Part shown: piece after piece, positions 29,508 through 39,755 of the stretch
Numbering within the stretch: position 1 is the stretch's first letter
Layout: every line of letters begins with the position of its first letter
Notes under the pieces: generated by a model
Told to the model about the DNA's origin: nothing
Database searches by the model: none
The model's input: the letters and a program-made list of their open reading frames with translations, nothing else
Program-made: the position numbers and the translations under genes
Assembly (NCBI GenBank): GCA_045546655.1
Contig: JAZQDH010000070.1
Span: 8,764 to 72,763 of the forward strand
Direction: 5' to 3'
Length of the DNA stretch: 64,000 nucleotides
DNA from: Faecousia sp.
GTDB lineage: Bacteria; Bacillota; Clostridia; Oscillospirales; Oscillospiraceae

Positions 29508-30923
29508 ATGTATCTTTACAATTCTCTTTCTCATAAAAAAGAACTGTTCCAGCCCAATTCTCCCAATGTGGTCAAGATGTATACCTGCGGTCCTACGGTG
29601 TACCATTTTGCGCACATCGGCAACCTGCGTACCTATATTATGGAGGACGTGTTGGAAAAGGCCCTGCGTTATATGGGTTACAATGTAAAACGTGTAATGA
29701 ACATCACAGATGTGGGACATCTGGCATCTGATGCTGACACTGGTGAAGATAAGATGCTCAAGGGTGCCAAGCGTGAGAACAAATCCGTGATGGAGATCGC
29801 ACAGTATTATACCGATGCGTTCTTTGCGGACTGCGAGAAGCTGAACATTAAAAAACCCGATATCATTCAGCCTGCAACTGGATGTATCGCGGAGTTTATC
29901 CAGATGGTCGAAGGGCTTCTGGAAAAGGGATTTGCCTATATGGCTGGCGGAAATGTGTATTTTGACACATCCAGGCTGGAAAAATACTATGTGTTCAACG
30001 ATCACGACGAGGAAGACCTGGCTACGGGCGTTCGTGAGGGTGTGGAAGAGGACACCAATAAGAAAAATAAGAACGACTTTGTGCTGTGGTTCACCAAGTC
30101 CAAATTTGAAGACCAGGCCCTGAAATGGGATTCTCCCTGGGGTGTGGGTTATCCCGGCTGGCACATTGAATGCTCCGGTATTTCTATGAAGTATTTGGGT
30201 GAGGATCTGGACATCCATTGCGGCGGCATCGATAACGCATTTCCGCATCACACCAATGAAATTGCCCAGACAGAGAGTTTTTTGGGCCATAAATGGTGCA
30301 ATTACTGGTTCCACGTGCATCATCTGAACACAGACACCGGCAAAATGTCCAAGTCCAAGGGTGAATTTCTGACTGTTAGCCTTCTGGAGCAGAAGGGCTA
30401 TAAACCAATGGCCTACCGGCTGTTCTGCCTGCAGAGCCACTACCGCAGAAATCTTGTGTTCTCCTGGGAGAACCTGGACAATGCTGTGGCAGCCTATGAT
30501 AAGCTGATTGCCAAGATTGCGTCGCTGGTGCCTGGCGGCGATGTGGACCAGGATGCCTTTGCAAAGCTTAAGGAACGCTTCACAGGAGCGCTCAATGGCG
30601 ACCTGAATACATCCTTGGCAATCACTGCCGTGTATGATGTGCTGAAGGCAAAAACCAATGACGCTACCAAACTGGCGGCGCTTGCGGATTTTGACCAGGT
30701 GCTGAGCCTTAACCTCCTGTCGGCAGCAGAAGTGCTGCGTAAGAAGGAAGCAGAGGAAGCTGCGGCTTCCGCAGATCCGGAAATTGATGCCCTGGTCGCC
30801 CAGCGCACCCAGGCTAAGAAGGACAGAAACTTTGCCGAGGCAGACCGTATCCGTGACGAACTGAAGGCAAGAGGCATTGAGATTATCGATACTCCCCAGG
30901 GAACAAAATGGAGAAAAGTATGA
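29508..30923 (+). CDS. cysS: Cysteine--tRNA ligase
   Basis: [25 protein letters not shown]. Confidence 0.97.
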   Translation: MYLYNSLSHKKELFQPNSPNVVKMYTCGPTVYHFAHIGNLRTYIMEDVLEKALRYMGYNVKRVMNITDVGHLASDADTGEDKMLKGAKRENKSVMEIAQYYTDAFFADCEKLNIKKPDIIQPATGCIAEFIQMVEGLLEKGFAYMAGGNVYFDTSRLEKYYVFNDHDEEDLATGVREGVEEDTNKKNKNDFVLWFTKSKFEDQALKWDSPWGVGYPGWHIECSGISMKYLGEDLDIHCGGIDNAFPHHTNEIAQTESFLGHKWCNYWFHVHHLNTDTGKMSKSKGEFLTVSLLEQKGYKPMAYRLFCLQSHYRRNLVFSWENLDNAVAAYDKLIAKIASLVPGGDVDQDAFAKLKERFTGALNGDLNTSLAITAVYDVLKAKTNDATKLAALADFDQVLSLNLLSAAEVLRKKEAEEAAASADPEIDALVAQRTQAKKDRNFAEADRIRDELKARGIEIIDTPQGTKWRKV

Positions 30924-33442
30924 AACTGCTGATCCTTGACGGCAATAGTGTGATCAATCGAGCTTATTTCGGTGTAAAGCCCCTTACAACACGTGAGGGG
31001 CTTTACACCCATGCTGTTTATGGCTTTTTAAACATTCTGGAAAAGGCGGAAAAGGAAGAACAGCCCGATGCGGTGTGTGTTGCGTTTGATTTGCACGGCC
31101 CAACCTTCCGTCATATGAAATATGATGGTTATAAAGCAAACAGACACGGTATGCCTGAGGAACTTGCTCAGCAGATGCCCATAATGAAGCAGGTTCTGTC
31201 TGCTATGAACATTCCGATTTATCAGTGCCAGGGCTGGGAGGCTGATGACGTGATCGGAACGGTGGGTAAGATCTGTTCCAACAACGAATGGGAATGCGTG
31301 ATCGTTACCGGTGACCGTGACAGCTTGCAGCTGATCGATGAGAATGTCCACGTGAAACTTGTAATTTCACGCCCAGGACAGACTGCCGCAACCTTGTATA
31401 CGAAAGAGAAATTCCAGGAAGAGTATGGCTTTGAACCCAAAAAGCTGATCGATCTGAAGGCGCTGATGGGCGATTCCTCTGATAATATTCCCGGCGTAAA
31501 GGGAATTGGCGAAAAAACAGCATTGAATCTTTTGCATTGCTTTGGCAGCCTGGATGGGGTGTACGAACATTTGGATGACCCGGTTATCAAGCCGAAGCAG
31601 CGTGAAAATCTGATCGCGTTCAAGGACAGCGCCTATTTATCCTATGAATTGGCAACCATTGTACCTGAGGCACCCATTGACTTTGCCCCCCGGGATGCGA
31701 TCATTCAGCCTTACAATAAAAAAGAACTTTACGATATCTTTGTTAAACTGGAGTTTGTCAAACTGATTGACAGATACGGCATCCGGGATGCAGGTGCGCA
31801 GCCCAGGATGGATCAGCAGATGCTGCAGGAACTGCCCTGTGCGGACTGTTTGCCGGAAACTGCTGATTGCTGTATTTACCTTGCGCCGGACGGCTCTATG
31901 GGTGTTGCTTGGGACCGTGGTGTATGTGCATTAACACCAATGGAGGCCCAGATGTTAACCGGACTGCCTGTTGGCAAGCATATTTGCCACGATATGAAAA
32001 CGACTATGCACCGACTGGACGAGATGGGACTTTATAGTGCGGAGTTTGTATTTGATACGGCCCTTGCAGCTTATGATCTGAATCCTTCTCAATCCGATTA
32101 TCCTGTCTCTAAATTGGCCACCAACTATCTGGGGGTTACCGTGGATGATGGTGATGCGGAAGGCTGTGCAAAGGCTTTGTGGAATTTGCACCCTGCGTTG
32201 GAAAACGCATTACAGCTGCAGGGAATGCAGGAACTGTACAGCAATATCGAATTGCCCCTGTGTACGGTGCTGTACTGTATGGAGAAGGAGGGCGTGGCAA
32301 TTGACCAGGCCCAGCTGGAACAGTTTGGTGTGATGCTTGCAGAACGCATTGATGTATGCGAAAAACTCATTTATTCCTACGCAGACGGACCTTTTAATAT
32401 CAATTCCACAAAGCAGCTTGGAGAACTTCTGTTTGTAAAGCTGGGTCTGCCGCCTATAAAGAAAACGAAGACCGGTTATTCCACCAACGCAGACGTGCTG
32501 GAAAAACTGAAATCTAAGCACCCGATTATCCCTGCCATTATGGATTACCGGATGCTCACAAAGCTGAAATCCACCTATGCGGATGGCCTTATGAAGGTAA
32601 TTGATTCCGATGGACGCATCCGCACAACGCTGCAAAATATGGTCACCGCTACGGGTCGTCTTTCTTCCACAGAACCGAATCTGCAGAATATTCCTGTGCG
32701 TACAGACCTGGGTGCAGAGATCCGGAAAATGTTTATCCCAAGAGATGGATATGTGCTGGTGGATGCGGATTACAGCCAGATTGAGCTGCGTGTGCTGGCT
32801 CACATTGCGCAGGACAAGGTAATGACCGACGCATTTATCGACGGTATGGATATTCACACAGTTACCGCATCCCAGGTGTTCGGCGTTTCCCCGGAGGAGG
32901 TAACGTCCCTCCAGCGCCGTCATGCCAAGGCGGTTAACTTTGGAATCGTCTATGGAATCTCCGAGTTTTCCCTGGCGGAAGATATTGGTGTCCCCAGATA
33001 CGAGGCTAAGAACTATATCGACAGCTACCTTGCGAATTATCAAGGTGTGCGCGACTATATGCACCAGGTAGTGGAGGATGCCCGTAACCGGGGCTATACC
33101 AAGACTCTGTATGGACGCAAGCGGTGGATTCCGGAACTGAAGAGCAGCAATTTCAATATTCGCCAAGGTGCGGAACGGATCGCCTTGAACACACCCATTC
33201 AGGGAACAGCTGCGGATTTAATCAAACTGGCAATGATCCGGGTCCACGAGGCGCTCAAAGCGCAGTATCCGCAGGCAAAGCTGATCCTGCAGGTTCACGA
33301 CGAGCTGATCGTGGAGTGTCCGCAGGAGATCGCGGATCAGGTAGCCAAACTGGTTAGTGAGCAGATGCAGCAGGTGGCGCAGCTGTCTGTTCCGCTCTTG
33401 GCTGAGGCAAAATGGGGAAAGAGTTGGTACGAAGCAAAATGA
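30920..33442 (+). CDS. polA: DNA polymerase I
   Basis: 5' nuclease (EADD, GDSSDNIPGV) plus family A motifs DYSQIELR, KAVNFGIVYG and QVHDE. Confidence 0.97.
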   Translation: MKLLILDGNSVINRAYFGVKPLTTREGLYTHAVYGFLNILEKAEKEEQPDAVCVAFDLHGPTFRHMKYDGYKANRHGMPEELAQQMPIMKQVLSAMNIPIYQCQGWEADDVIGTVGKICSNNEWECVIVTGDRDSLQLIDENVHVKLVISRPGQTAATLYTKEKFQEEYGFEPKKLIDLKALMGDSSDNIPGVKGIGEKTALNLLHCFGSLDGVYEHLDDPVIKPKQRENLIAFKDSAYLSYELATIVPEAPIDFAPRDAIIQPYNKKELYDIFVKLEFVKLIDRYGIRDAGAQPRMDQQMLQELPCADCLPETADCCIYLAPDGSMGVAWDRGVCALTPMEAQMLTGLPVGKHICHDMKTTMHRLDEMGLYSAEFVFDTALAAYDLNPSQSDYPVSKLATNYLGVTVDDGDAEGCAKALWNLHPALENALQLQGMQELYSNIELPLCTVLYCMEKEGVAIDQAQLEQFGVMLAERIDVCEKLIYSYADGPFNINSTKQLGELLFVKLGLPPIKKTKTGYSTNADVLEKLKSKHPIIPAIMDYRMLTKLKSTYADGLMKVIDSDGRIRTTLQNMVTATGRLSSTEPNLQNIPVRTDLGAEIRKMFIPRDGYVLVDADYSQIELRVLAHIAQDKVMTDAFIDGMDIHTVTASQVFGVSPEEVTSLQRRHAKAVNFGIVYGISEFSLAEDIGVPRYEAKNYIDSYLANYQGVRDYMHQVVEDARNRGYTKTLYGRKRWIPELKSSNFNIRQGAERIALNTPIQGTAADLIKLAMIRVHEALKAQYPQAKLILQVHDELIVECPQEIADQVAKLVSEQMQQVAQLSVPLLAEAKWGKSWYEAK

Positions 33443-33879
33443 TCGAATATGTTCTGATGGACAGCTCGCACGTTGGAAAGATCGCCCAGCTGGAAAAGAT
33501 CTGTTTTTCCGACCCCTGGAGCGAAAACTCCATATCCTCGGAGCTGAATAATCCGCTGTCGCTGTGGGTGGTTGCAATGGACGGTGACAAGCTTGCAGGC
33601 TATGTGGGTTCCCAAACAGTCCTTGGCTGGGCGGATATGATGAATCTTGCTGTTGCTCCCGAATACCGTCGATTGGGCATTGGTAGGACATTGGTACAGA
33701 CCCTCTCGCAGATGCTGAGTGAAAAGAATGTCTCCTGTATGACTTTGGAAGTCCGTGTGTCCAATGATCCCGCCATTGGACTGTATACGATGCTTGGCTT
33801 CGCCGAAGTTGGAAGAAGACCAAATTATTATCACAATCCGAGGGAAGATGCGCTAATCCTAAGAAAGGAATTGATCTGA
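33439..33879 (+). CDS. rimI: Ribosomal-protein-alanine N-acetyltransferase
   Basis: FSDPWS, LEVRVSN, GRRPNYY..EDAL. Confidence 0.92.
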   Translation: MIEYVLMDSSHVGKIAQLEKICFSDPWSENSISSELNNPLSLWVVAMDGDKLAGYVGSQTVLGWADMMNLAVAPEYRRLGIGRTLVQTLSQMLSEKNVSCMTLEVRVSNDPAIGLYTMLGFAEVGRRPNYYHNPREDALILRKELI

Positions 33880-33921
33880 TATGGGCAATCTTGTAGCCAT
33901 ATCGAGAAAGGAATATCGTTT

Positions 33922-34938
33922 ATGAAGATTCTTGCAGTGGAGTCTTCCTGCGATGAAACAGCGGTAGCCATCGTCGAAGATGGCAGAAAGGTATTGACCG
34001 ACTGCATTGCGTCCCAGGTAGATTTGCATAGAATTTACGGCGGTGTCGTACCCGAGATCGCCTCCAGAAAGCATATTGAAGCCATTTACGGCCTTGCTGA
34101 TCAGGCCCTTGCCCGGGCCGGTGTGACCCGTGATGATATCGATGCAGTTGCGGTGACCTATGCGCCAGGCCTTATCGGCGCTGTGCTGGTGGGCGTGAAT
34201 TTTGCCAAATCAGCGGCACTTGCGCTGGGGAAACCGCTGATACCTGTTCACCATATCCGCGGCCACATTGCCGCCAATTATCTGGCTTATCCGGATCTGG
34301 AACCGCCCTTTTTGTGTCTTGTTGTCTCCGGCGGTCACACCATGATCGTGGATGTGCAGGATTACACAAAAATGGAAATTTTGGGTACAACACTGGATGA
34401 TGCGGCAGGGGAGTGCTTTGACAAAGTAGGACGTGTGCTGGGAATGCCCTACCCCGGCGGCGCTGCGCTGGACAAAGCGGCATCTTATGGAGATGACAGT
34501 AAATATAAACTTCCAGTGTCCAAACAGGGTACCAATCCCTATAATATGAGTTTTTCCGGGTTGAAGACAGCAACACTGAATTTGATCCATCACGCGGAAC
34601 AGGTCGGAGAGGATTTGGATATTAACAGTCTGTGCGCATCCTTCTGTGGGGCAGTCTCTGATACCCTTGTTCCCCGTGTCGTAGAAGCTTTAAAACAGAC
34701 AGGCAGAACAAAGCTTGCCGTAGCGGGCGGTGTTGCTGCCAATTCCCGAATACGGGGAGACATCATAAAGGCAGCCGAACAGCTTGGTGCTGAGGTGTAT
34801 CTGCCACCCCTGTCTCTGTGCGGCGACAATGCTGCTATGATTGGCGCCCAGGCATACTTTGAGCTTCTTGCCGGTAATACCGCAGGGATGGAGCTGAATG
34901 CTTACGCAACAAAATCCATACTTGGTGAAAATATTTAA
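33922..34938 (+). CDS. tsaD: tRNA N6-adenosine threonylcarbamoyltransferase
   Basis: ESSCDETA, HIRGH, SGGHT, DDAAGECFDK, DNAAMI. Confidence 0.96.
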   Translation: MKILAVESSCDETAVAIVEDGRKVLTDCIASQVDLHRIYGGVVPEIASRKHIEAIYGLADQALARAGVTRDDIDAVAVTYAPGLIGAVLVGVNFAKSAALALGKPLIPVHHIRGHIAANYLAYPDLEPPFLCLVVSGGHTMIVDVQDYTKMEILGTTLDDAAGECFDKVGRVLGMPYPGGAALDKAASYGDDSKYKLPVSKQGTNPYNMSFSGLKTATLNLIHHAEQVGEDLDINSLCASFCGAVSDTLVPRVVEALKQTGRTKLAVAGGVAANSRIRGDIIKAAEQLGAEVYLPPLSLCGDNAAMIGAQAYFELLAGNTAGMELNAYATKSILGENI

Positions 34939-34941
34939 AAT

Positions 34942-34979
34942 ACAAATGCAGGAAATGATCGAGTTTCCTGCATTTGTTT
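34942..34979 (+). terminator. Terminator after tsaD
   Basis: ACAAATGCAGGAAA / TTTCCTGCATTTGT hairpin. Confidence 0.8.
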
Positions 34980-35121
34980 ATTAAATCCTATTATACAATC
35001 CTGTTTTCATAGTAACAAATGGACGCGTTATACGTTTATCTGTTTAGACTTCGAAAAGCAGAAATTAGTGTACGATTACATAGAAATTTTATATTTTTAC
35101 GTATTCATTGATTTCAAAGCC

Positions 35122-35220
35122 TGTGGATAACTCTGTGGAGAATGTGAATAACTTTATGTATATTCGCGCATATTAGGGAATGTGATATTCTTTTTAAGGA
35201 AAAATAAGTACTTTTCCACA
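35122..35220. promoter_or_regulatory. DnaA-box cluster in an AT-rich intergenic region
   Basis: TGTGGATAA (35122), TGTGGAGAA (35134), TGTGAATAA (35143), and TTTTCCACA (35212) in the opposite orientation. Confidence 0.75.
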
Positions 35221-35330
35221 GGTTAAATGAAAGATAACTTTATTTCAGAAGCAAATGCTTTTAAGAATAATTGACGAATTTACTATTTGCTGATAAGATA
35301 ATAAAAACCGTGCAGAGTGAGGAATTAAAA

Positions 35331-35828
35331 ATGCTTTTGCAAACGAATGCTTTGAAACACCTTCGATTTGCTTCCTTGATGGAAGTGTATGAAGAGGGCA
35401 ACCGGGAGAATGGGCTTGACCAATATCCACACCTTTCAAGGCCGGAGCAGATCCTTGCGGCAGAGCGGGATTTTTATCAGTATCTTGAACTGTTTTTCTC
35501 CACAGAGGGGAGCAGGTATCTGATTTGGCAGTTGGGCGGATGCTATGTATCAGCACTCAGACTGGAACCCTATCAGGACGGATTACTTCTGGAAGCTTTA
35601 GAGACAAAGCCCTCTGAACGTAGAAAGGGTTATGCTGTGGAACTGATTAATGCGGTGATTGGAAGTCTGAACATCAGCGAATTTCCGGTCTACTCCCATA
35701 TCAGTAAATGGAATAAAGCGTCCATTCGTACCCACGAAAAGTGCGGTTTTGAGAGAATTTTGGACTACTGCGTCTATATTGATGGCTCGGTGAATCAAAA
35801 CGCCTACACCTACCGTTTTTGTAAATAA
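35331..35828 (+). CDS. GNAT-family N-acetyltransferase
   Basis: LETKPSERRKGYA motif A; NKASIRTHEKCGF. Confidence 0.88.
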   Translation: MLLQTNALKHLRFASLMEVYEEGNRENGLDQYPHLSRPEQILAAERDFYQYLELFFSTEGSRYLIWQLGGCYVSALRLEPYQDGLLLEALETKPSERRKGYAVELINAVIGSLNISEFPVYSHISKWNKASIRTHEKCGFERILDYCVYIDGSVNQNAYTYRFCK

Positions 35829-35830
35829 AG

Positions 35831-35866
35831 AACACCCTATTCCCAGAAACTACGGAATAGGGTGTT
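35831..35866. terminator. Hairpin between the convergent GNAT gene and aro operon
   Basis: AACACCCTATTCC / GGAATAGGGTGTT. Confidence 0.75.
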
Positions 35867-35869
35867 ACT

Positions 35870-36301
35870 TTAACCATATTTTTCTTTAAGATACACAATT
35901 GCTTGCCGGTAACCGTCCAAGCCTTGGCCTTTTATGGTCTTTTCACAGTAAAGGCCGGGGTAAGAAATCTGACGAAATGGTTCTCGGGCATCCACATTGG
36001 AGATATGAACCTCAACAGCTGGGATAGAGACAGCTTTCAGCGCGTCTAAAATTGCAACGGATGTGTGGGTGTAGGCGGCAGGATTTATGACGATCGCATC
36101 CGTACAGCCATAGGCTGCCTGGATTTTATCCACAATTGCCCCCTCGTGGTTGGATTGAAATTGCTCGATATCCACATCTAATTGTCTGGCGGTTTCAGCA
36201 AGAAGCTCTAACAGGTCAGCAAAGGTGTTTTTTCCATAAATTCCAGGCTCCCGTATGCCCAGCATATTCAGATTGGGGCCGTTAATCACAAGAATCTTCA
36301 T
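35870..36301 (-). CDS. aroQ: Type II 3-dehydroquinate dehydratase
   Basis: NGPNLNMLGIREPGIYG, QSNHEG, NPAAYTHTS, EVHISN. Confidence 0.96.
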   Translation of the reverse strand: MKILVINGPNLNMLGIREPGIYGKNTFADLLELLAETARQLDVDIEQFQSNHEGAIVDKIQAAYGCTDAIVINPAAYTHTSVAILDALKAVSIPAVEVHISNVDAREPFRQISYPGLYCEKTIKGQGLDGYRQAIVYLKEKYG

Positions 36302-37520
36302 TACAATTCCTCCAGGCAAGTATCTTTGCCAGCGTTTCATCAAGGGTACTGTCGTTGACCACAGAATGATCAGCAAATGCCTCATACATAGGCTTGCGGA
36401 CCCGGTACAGTTCATCGAGATCATTCCTTAAGGATATGGGCCGTCCGTCTTTTGGCAGCAGGGAAGTGTTCCGCTGAATCCACAGGATGCTTCCGTTCTG
36501 ATGCAGGTGGGGGTAGTTTTCCTTCCGGGTGACACAACCGCCGCCCGTTGCGATCACAAGTCCGGATTCCTTGCCTAACTGGGCAAGGACCTGTGTTTCC
36601 AGTTCCCGGAACCGACCCTCTCCGTCTTCGGAAAAAATCTGGAGAATGGTTTTACCGGCAGTTTGTTCAATATAAGTATCCGCGTCCACAAAACGCTTAC
36701 CGGCCTGTTGGGCAAGTGCTTGACCGATCGTGCTCTTCCCACAGCCGGGCATTCCAATCAGAACGATGTTTTCCATCTGTCTCTTTAGACGCTCATAGAT
36801 GATGCGGATCGAATCGTCAGAAATCGGAGAACCGGTGAACCACTGGGCACTTTCCTTTGCCTGCGCCACCAACATCCACAACCCATTTACGGCTGTAATA
36901 CCCAGCTTTTCAGCATCCAAAAGCAGCTGTGTTTTTGCAGGGTTGTACACAACATCCAATACACCTTCCAGATTTGGAAAAGCGGAAAGGTCAACAGGGG
37001 AGACTCCCACATTGGGATACATACCCACAGGCGTCGTATTAACGATCAGGGAAGCGTCCTGATGCAGATTTAGATTGTCATAGTTGTTGATACCGCTCCT
37101 GGATATAACAACAGGCAGAGCACCAGCCTCTTTTAAAACCAGTGTTACTGTTGCAGATGCACCGCCGCTGCCAAGAACCAGAACTTTCTTATTACATACT
37201 TCCAGATTGCTGCGCTGAAGCATCGACAGAAAGCCGAAGTAATCTGTATTGTGTCCGGTCAAGCTGCCATCCGCATTGCGGATGATGGTATTCACTGCGC
37301 CGAGCTTCTGCGCCACAGGCGAGAGCGTTTTGCAATGTGCAATAACTTCCTTTTTGTAGGGAATTGTCACATTCAGACCGGTAAAATCCCCATCTTGAAG
37401 GAAACCCTCCAGGTCCTCCGGCTCATTTTCAAACAGGGCATAGGAATAGCTGCCAAGATACCGGTGAATCAGAGGGGAGTAGCTGTGTCCAAGTTTGCGG
37501 CCCAAAAGTCCACATTTCAT
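36282..37520 (-). CDS. Bifunctional shikimate dehydrogenase / shikimate kinase (AroE-AroK fusion)
   Basis: HSYSP, NVTIPYK, GAVNT, NTD and GSGGA, followed by GMPGCGKS, FRELE and ATGGG. Confidence 0.92.
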   Translation of the reverse strand: MKCGLLGRKLGHSYSPLIHRYLGSYSYALFENEPEDLEGFLQDGDFTGLNVTIPYKKEVIAHCKTLSPVAQKLGAVNTIIRNADGSLTGHNTDYFGFLSMLQRSNLEVCNKKVLVLGSGGASATVTLVLKEAGALPVVISRSGINNYDNLNLHQDASLIVNTTPVGMYPNVGVSPVDLSAFPNLEGVLDVVYNPAKTQLLLDAEKLGITAVNGLWMLVAQAKESAQWFTGSPISDDSIRIIYERLKRQMENIVLIGMPGCGKSTIGQALAQQAGKRFVDADTYIEQTAGKTILQIFSEDGEGRFRELETQVLAQLGKESGLVIATGGGCVTRKENYPHLHQNGSILWIQRNTSLLPKDGRPISLRNDLDELYRVRKPMYEAFADHSVVNDSTLDETLAKILAWRNCNEDSCD

Positions 37521-38663
37521 TTATACCACCTCGGTATAGCTGCCCAAGTATTTAAATTCTTCGCAAAGATCATCCAGTTCGCACATTAACTGCACAAATT
37601 CTTCTGAATAGATGGATGTCTCCAGATCAAAGTAGAACATAAACTCAAAGTCACGCTCTGGAATTGGGCGGGACTCCAGTTTGATGACATTAATACCCAG
37701 CACATACATTCTTGCCAGAACACGGTAGAGCGCACCGGGTTTATGGGACAGGACCATCATAATGCTGGTTTTGTCTGAACCGGGATAGATCTCCAAATTC
37801 TTACTGATACAAATAAAGCGTGTACGGTTATTTCCCTTGTCCTGTATGGAGTCGCACAGACTCCTAAGGCCGTAGAGGTCCTCGCAGGCAGGACTGGAAA
37901 TGGCGGCAACATCCAAACGACCGGATTCAGATACCATACTCGCCGCGACAGCGGTATTTTCCACGGGAATGATCTCAACACCGGAAAGATGCTTCAAAAA
38001 GTCAGAGCACTGGTTGATTGCCTGCTCGTGTGAGTAGATTTTACTGATATTTTCCAGCTTTGCGCCCGGCAGAGCCAGCAGGTTGTGATCCACCTTCATT
38101 CTGAATGTACGGACAATGGAAAAATTCTTGTGAATCATCAAATCGTATACTTTTTTAACAGAACCAGCAGTGGAATTTTCAATTGGCAATATGCCGTATT
38201 GGCATAGGCCCTGCTCGATGGCGGTGAACACGGCATCAAAGTTCTTGAAGTACATGATATAAGGATTCTTAAAGATTTTCTCGCAGGCGATTTGGGAATA
38301 GGCACCTTCCACACCCTGACAGGCAACCATTGGCGCTTGCGGGAACAGGTTGGGGGTGTTCCGGATAGAATCTGTAATCTGCTGATACAGGGGTGTGGAT
38401 GCGTTATTACGCTTGCGTTGGTAGCTGCGGCTGAGTTCAAAGAGCATGGAGTACAGCACACGGGTATAATTGGCCATATCCGGCCCGGCCTTTTGCGCCA
38501 CATCCAGCAGTTTTTCCCGTTCTCGGGCAGGGGCATGGATGGGTATCTGATTGGCCTTTTTGTAGTCAGCTACCTGAGCGGAGATTTCCATCCGCTTCAA
38601 AAACAGACGTACCAACTCATCGTCAACACGATCGATCTCTTGTCTTAAATTCTGCAAGTCCAT
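37521..38663 (-). CDS. pheA: Chorismate mutase / prephenate dehydratase
   Basis: N-terminal CM domain (LRQEIDRVD), PIENSTAGSV, NRTRF, ACT domain LESRP. Confidence 0.94.
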   Translation of the reverse strand: MDLQNLRQEIDRVDDELVRLFLKRMEISAQVADYKKANQIPIHAPAREREKLLDVAQKAGPDMANYTRVLYSMLFELSRSYQRKRNNASTPLYQQITDSIRNTPNLFPQAPMVACQGVEGAYSQIACEKIFKNPYIMYFKNFDAVFTAIEQGLCQYGILPIENSTAGSVKKVYDLMIHKNFSIVRTFRMKVDHNLLALPGAKLENISKIYSHEQAINQCSDFLKHLSGVEIIPVENTAVAASMVSESGRLDVAAISSPACEDLYGLRSLCDSIQDKGNNRTRFICISKNLEIYPGSDKTSIMMVLSHKPGALYRVLARMYVLGINVIKLESRPIPERDFEFMFYFDLETSIYSEEFVQLMCELDDLCEEFKYLGSYTEVV

Positions 38664-38675
38664 AGGGATACTCCT

Positions 38676-39755
38676 TTAATCGTTTTGCATTAACATTGCG
38701 TCATAAATCGCGATTGCAGCCGCGGCCTCCACAACGGGTACCGCTCTTGGAACAATGCACGGGTCGTGGCGGCCAGTAATGGTTAAGTTTGTGTTCTGTC
38801 TGGCGGTGTAAGAAACGCTCTCCTGGGGCTTCGGAATGGAAGGTGTGGGCTTGATAGCCACACAGAACACCAATGGCATCCCTGTGGATATTCCGCCAAG
38901 AATACCGCCGGAGAGGTTTGACGTAAGCGTAATTTTACCGTTTTCATATCGGTAGGGGTCGTTGTTTTGGCTGCCGCGTAGGTAACTGCCTGTGAAGCCA
39001 CTGCCAAAATCCAGACCCTTTACAGCAGGTATTCCATAAATGATCTGCGACAACTTGCTTTCGAGACCTCCGAACATTGGTTCTCCGATCCCTGCGGGAA
39101 GTCCTGTGACAAAACACTGGATCAGTCCACCTACGCTGTCACCATCGGCCTTCGCGGCTGAAATTGCCTGCCGCATTTGTTCCCCTGCAGATGCATTCAC
39201 CACAGGGAAGTCCTGATGGATGGCGCCCAGATCGGGACAGCACCAGTCCAGACTGATCGGGTCGTCAGCAATGCCTGCGATGTTTAAAATGTGCGCACCG
39301 ATCCGGACTCCCTTTTCGGCCAGCCACTGTTTACAAAGGCCGCCTGCTATGCAGATGGATGCGGTTAACCGGCCGGAAAAGTGACCACCCCCGGATACAT
39401 CCTGGAAACCCTTGTATTTCACCTGTGCCGTATAGTCAGCGTGGCCTGGCCTTGGACAGTCCACAATGTTGCTATAATCGGATGAACGGGTATTGGTGTT
39501 GCGGATGATGGCCGCAATGGGGGCGCCGGTGGTGTGTCCATCCAGAATGCCGGAGAGAAACTCCGGCTGGTCTGCCTCTTTTCGGGTTGTGGCATAGGCG
39601 TGGCTACCGGGCGCTCTGCGGTCCAAAAAAACCTGTAGCGCCGAAAGGTCAACAGGAAGTCCGGCCGGGATACCATCCAGGGTCATACCTATGGCAGGAC
39701 TATGGGACTGTCCAAAAATGGAAAGCTTTAAGCGATCACCGTATGTACTGCTCAT
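38676..39755 (-). CDS. aroC: Chorismate synthase
   Basis: GQSHS, PRPGHAD, GGHFSGR, GGILGGIS, GRHDPC. Confidence 0.96.
   Translation of the reverse strand: MSSTYGDRLKLSIFGQSHSPAIGMTLDGIPAGLPVDLSALQVFLDRRAPGSHAYATTRKEADQPEFLSGILDGHTTGAPIAAIIRNTNTRSSDYSNIVDCPRPGHADYTAQVKYKGFQDVSGGGHFSGRLTASICIAGGLCKQWLAEKGVRIGAHILNIAGIADDPISLDWCCPDLGAIHQDFPVVNASAGEQMRQAISAAKADGDSVGGLIQCFVTGLPAGIGEPMFGGLESKLSQIIYGIPAVKGLDFGSGFTGSYLRGSQNNDPYRYENGKITLTSNLSGGILGGISTGMPLVFCVAIKPTPSIPKPQESVSYTARQNTNLTITGRHDPCIVPRAVPVVEAAAAIAIYDAMLMQND

Noticed and set aside
34980-35330. Chromosomal oriC
   Set aside because: No dnaA/dnaN, no clear DnaA-trios, and flanking operons converge rather than diverge. Kept only as a DnaA-box cluster; skew was not computed.
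36282-37520. AroE-AroK fusion as a novelty
   Set aside because: To my knowledge this fusion is common in Clostridia; recorded as a feature only.
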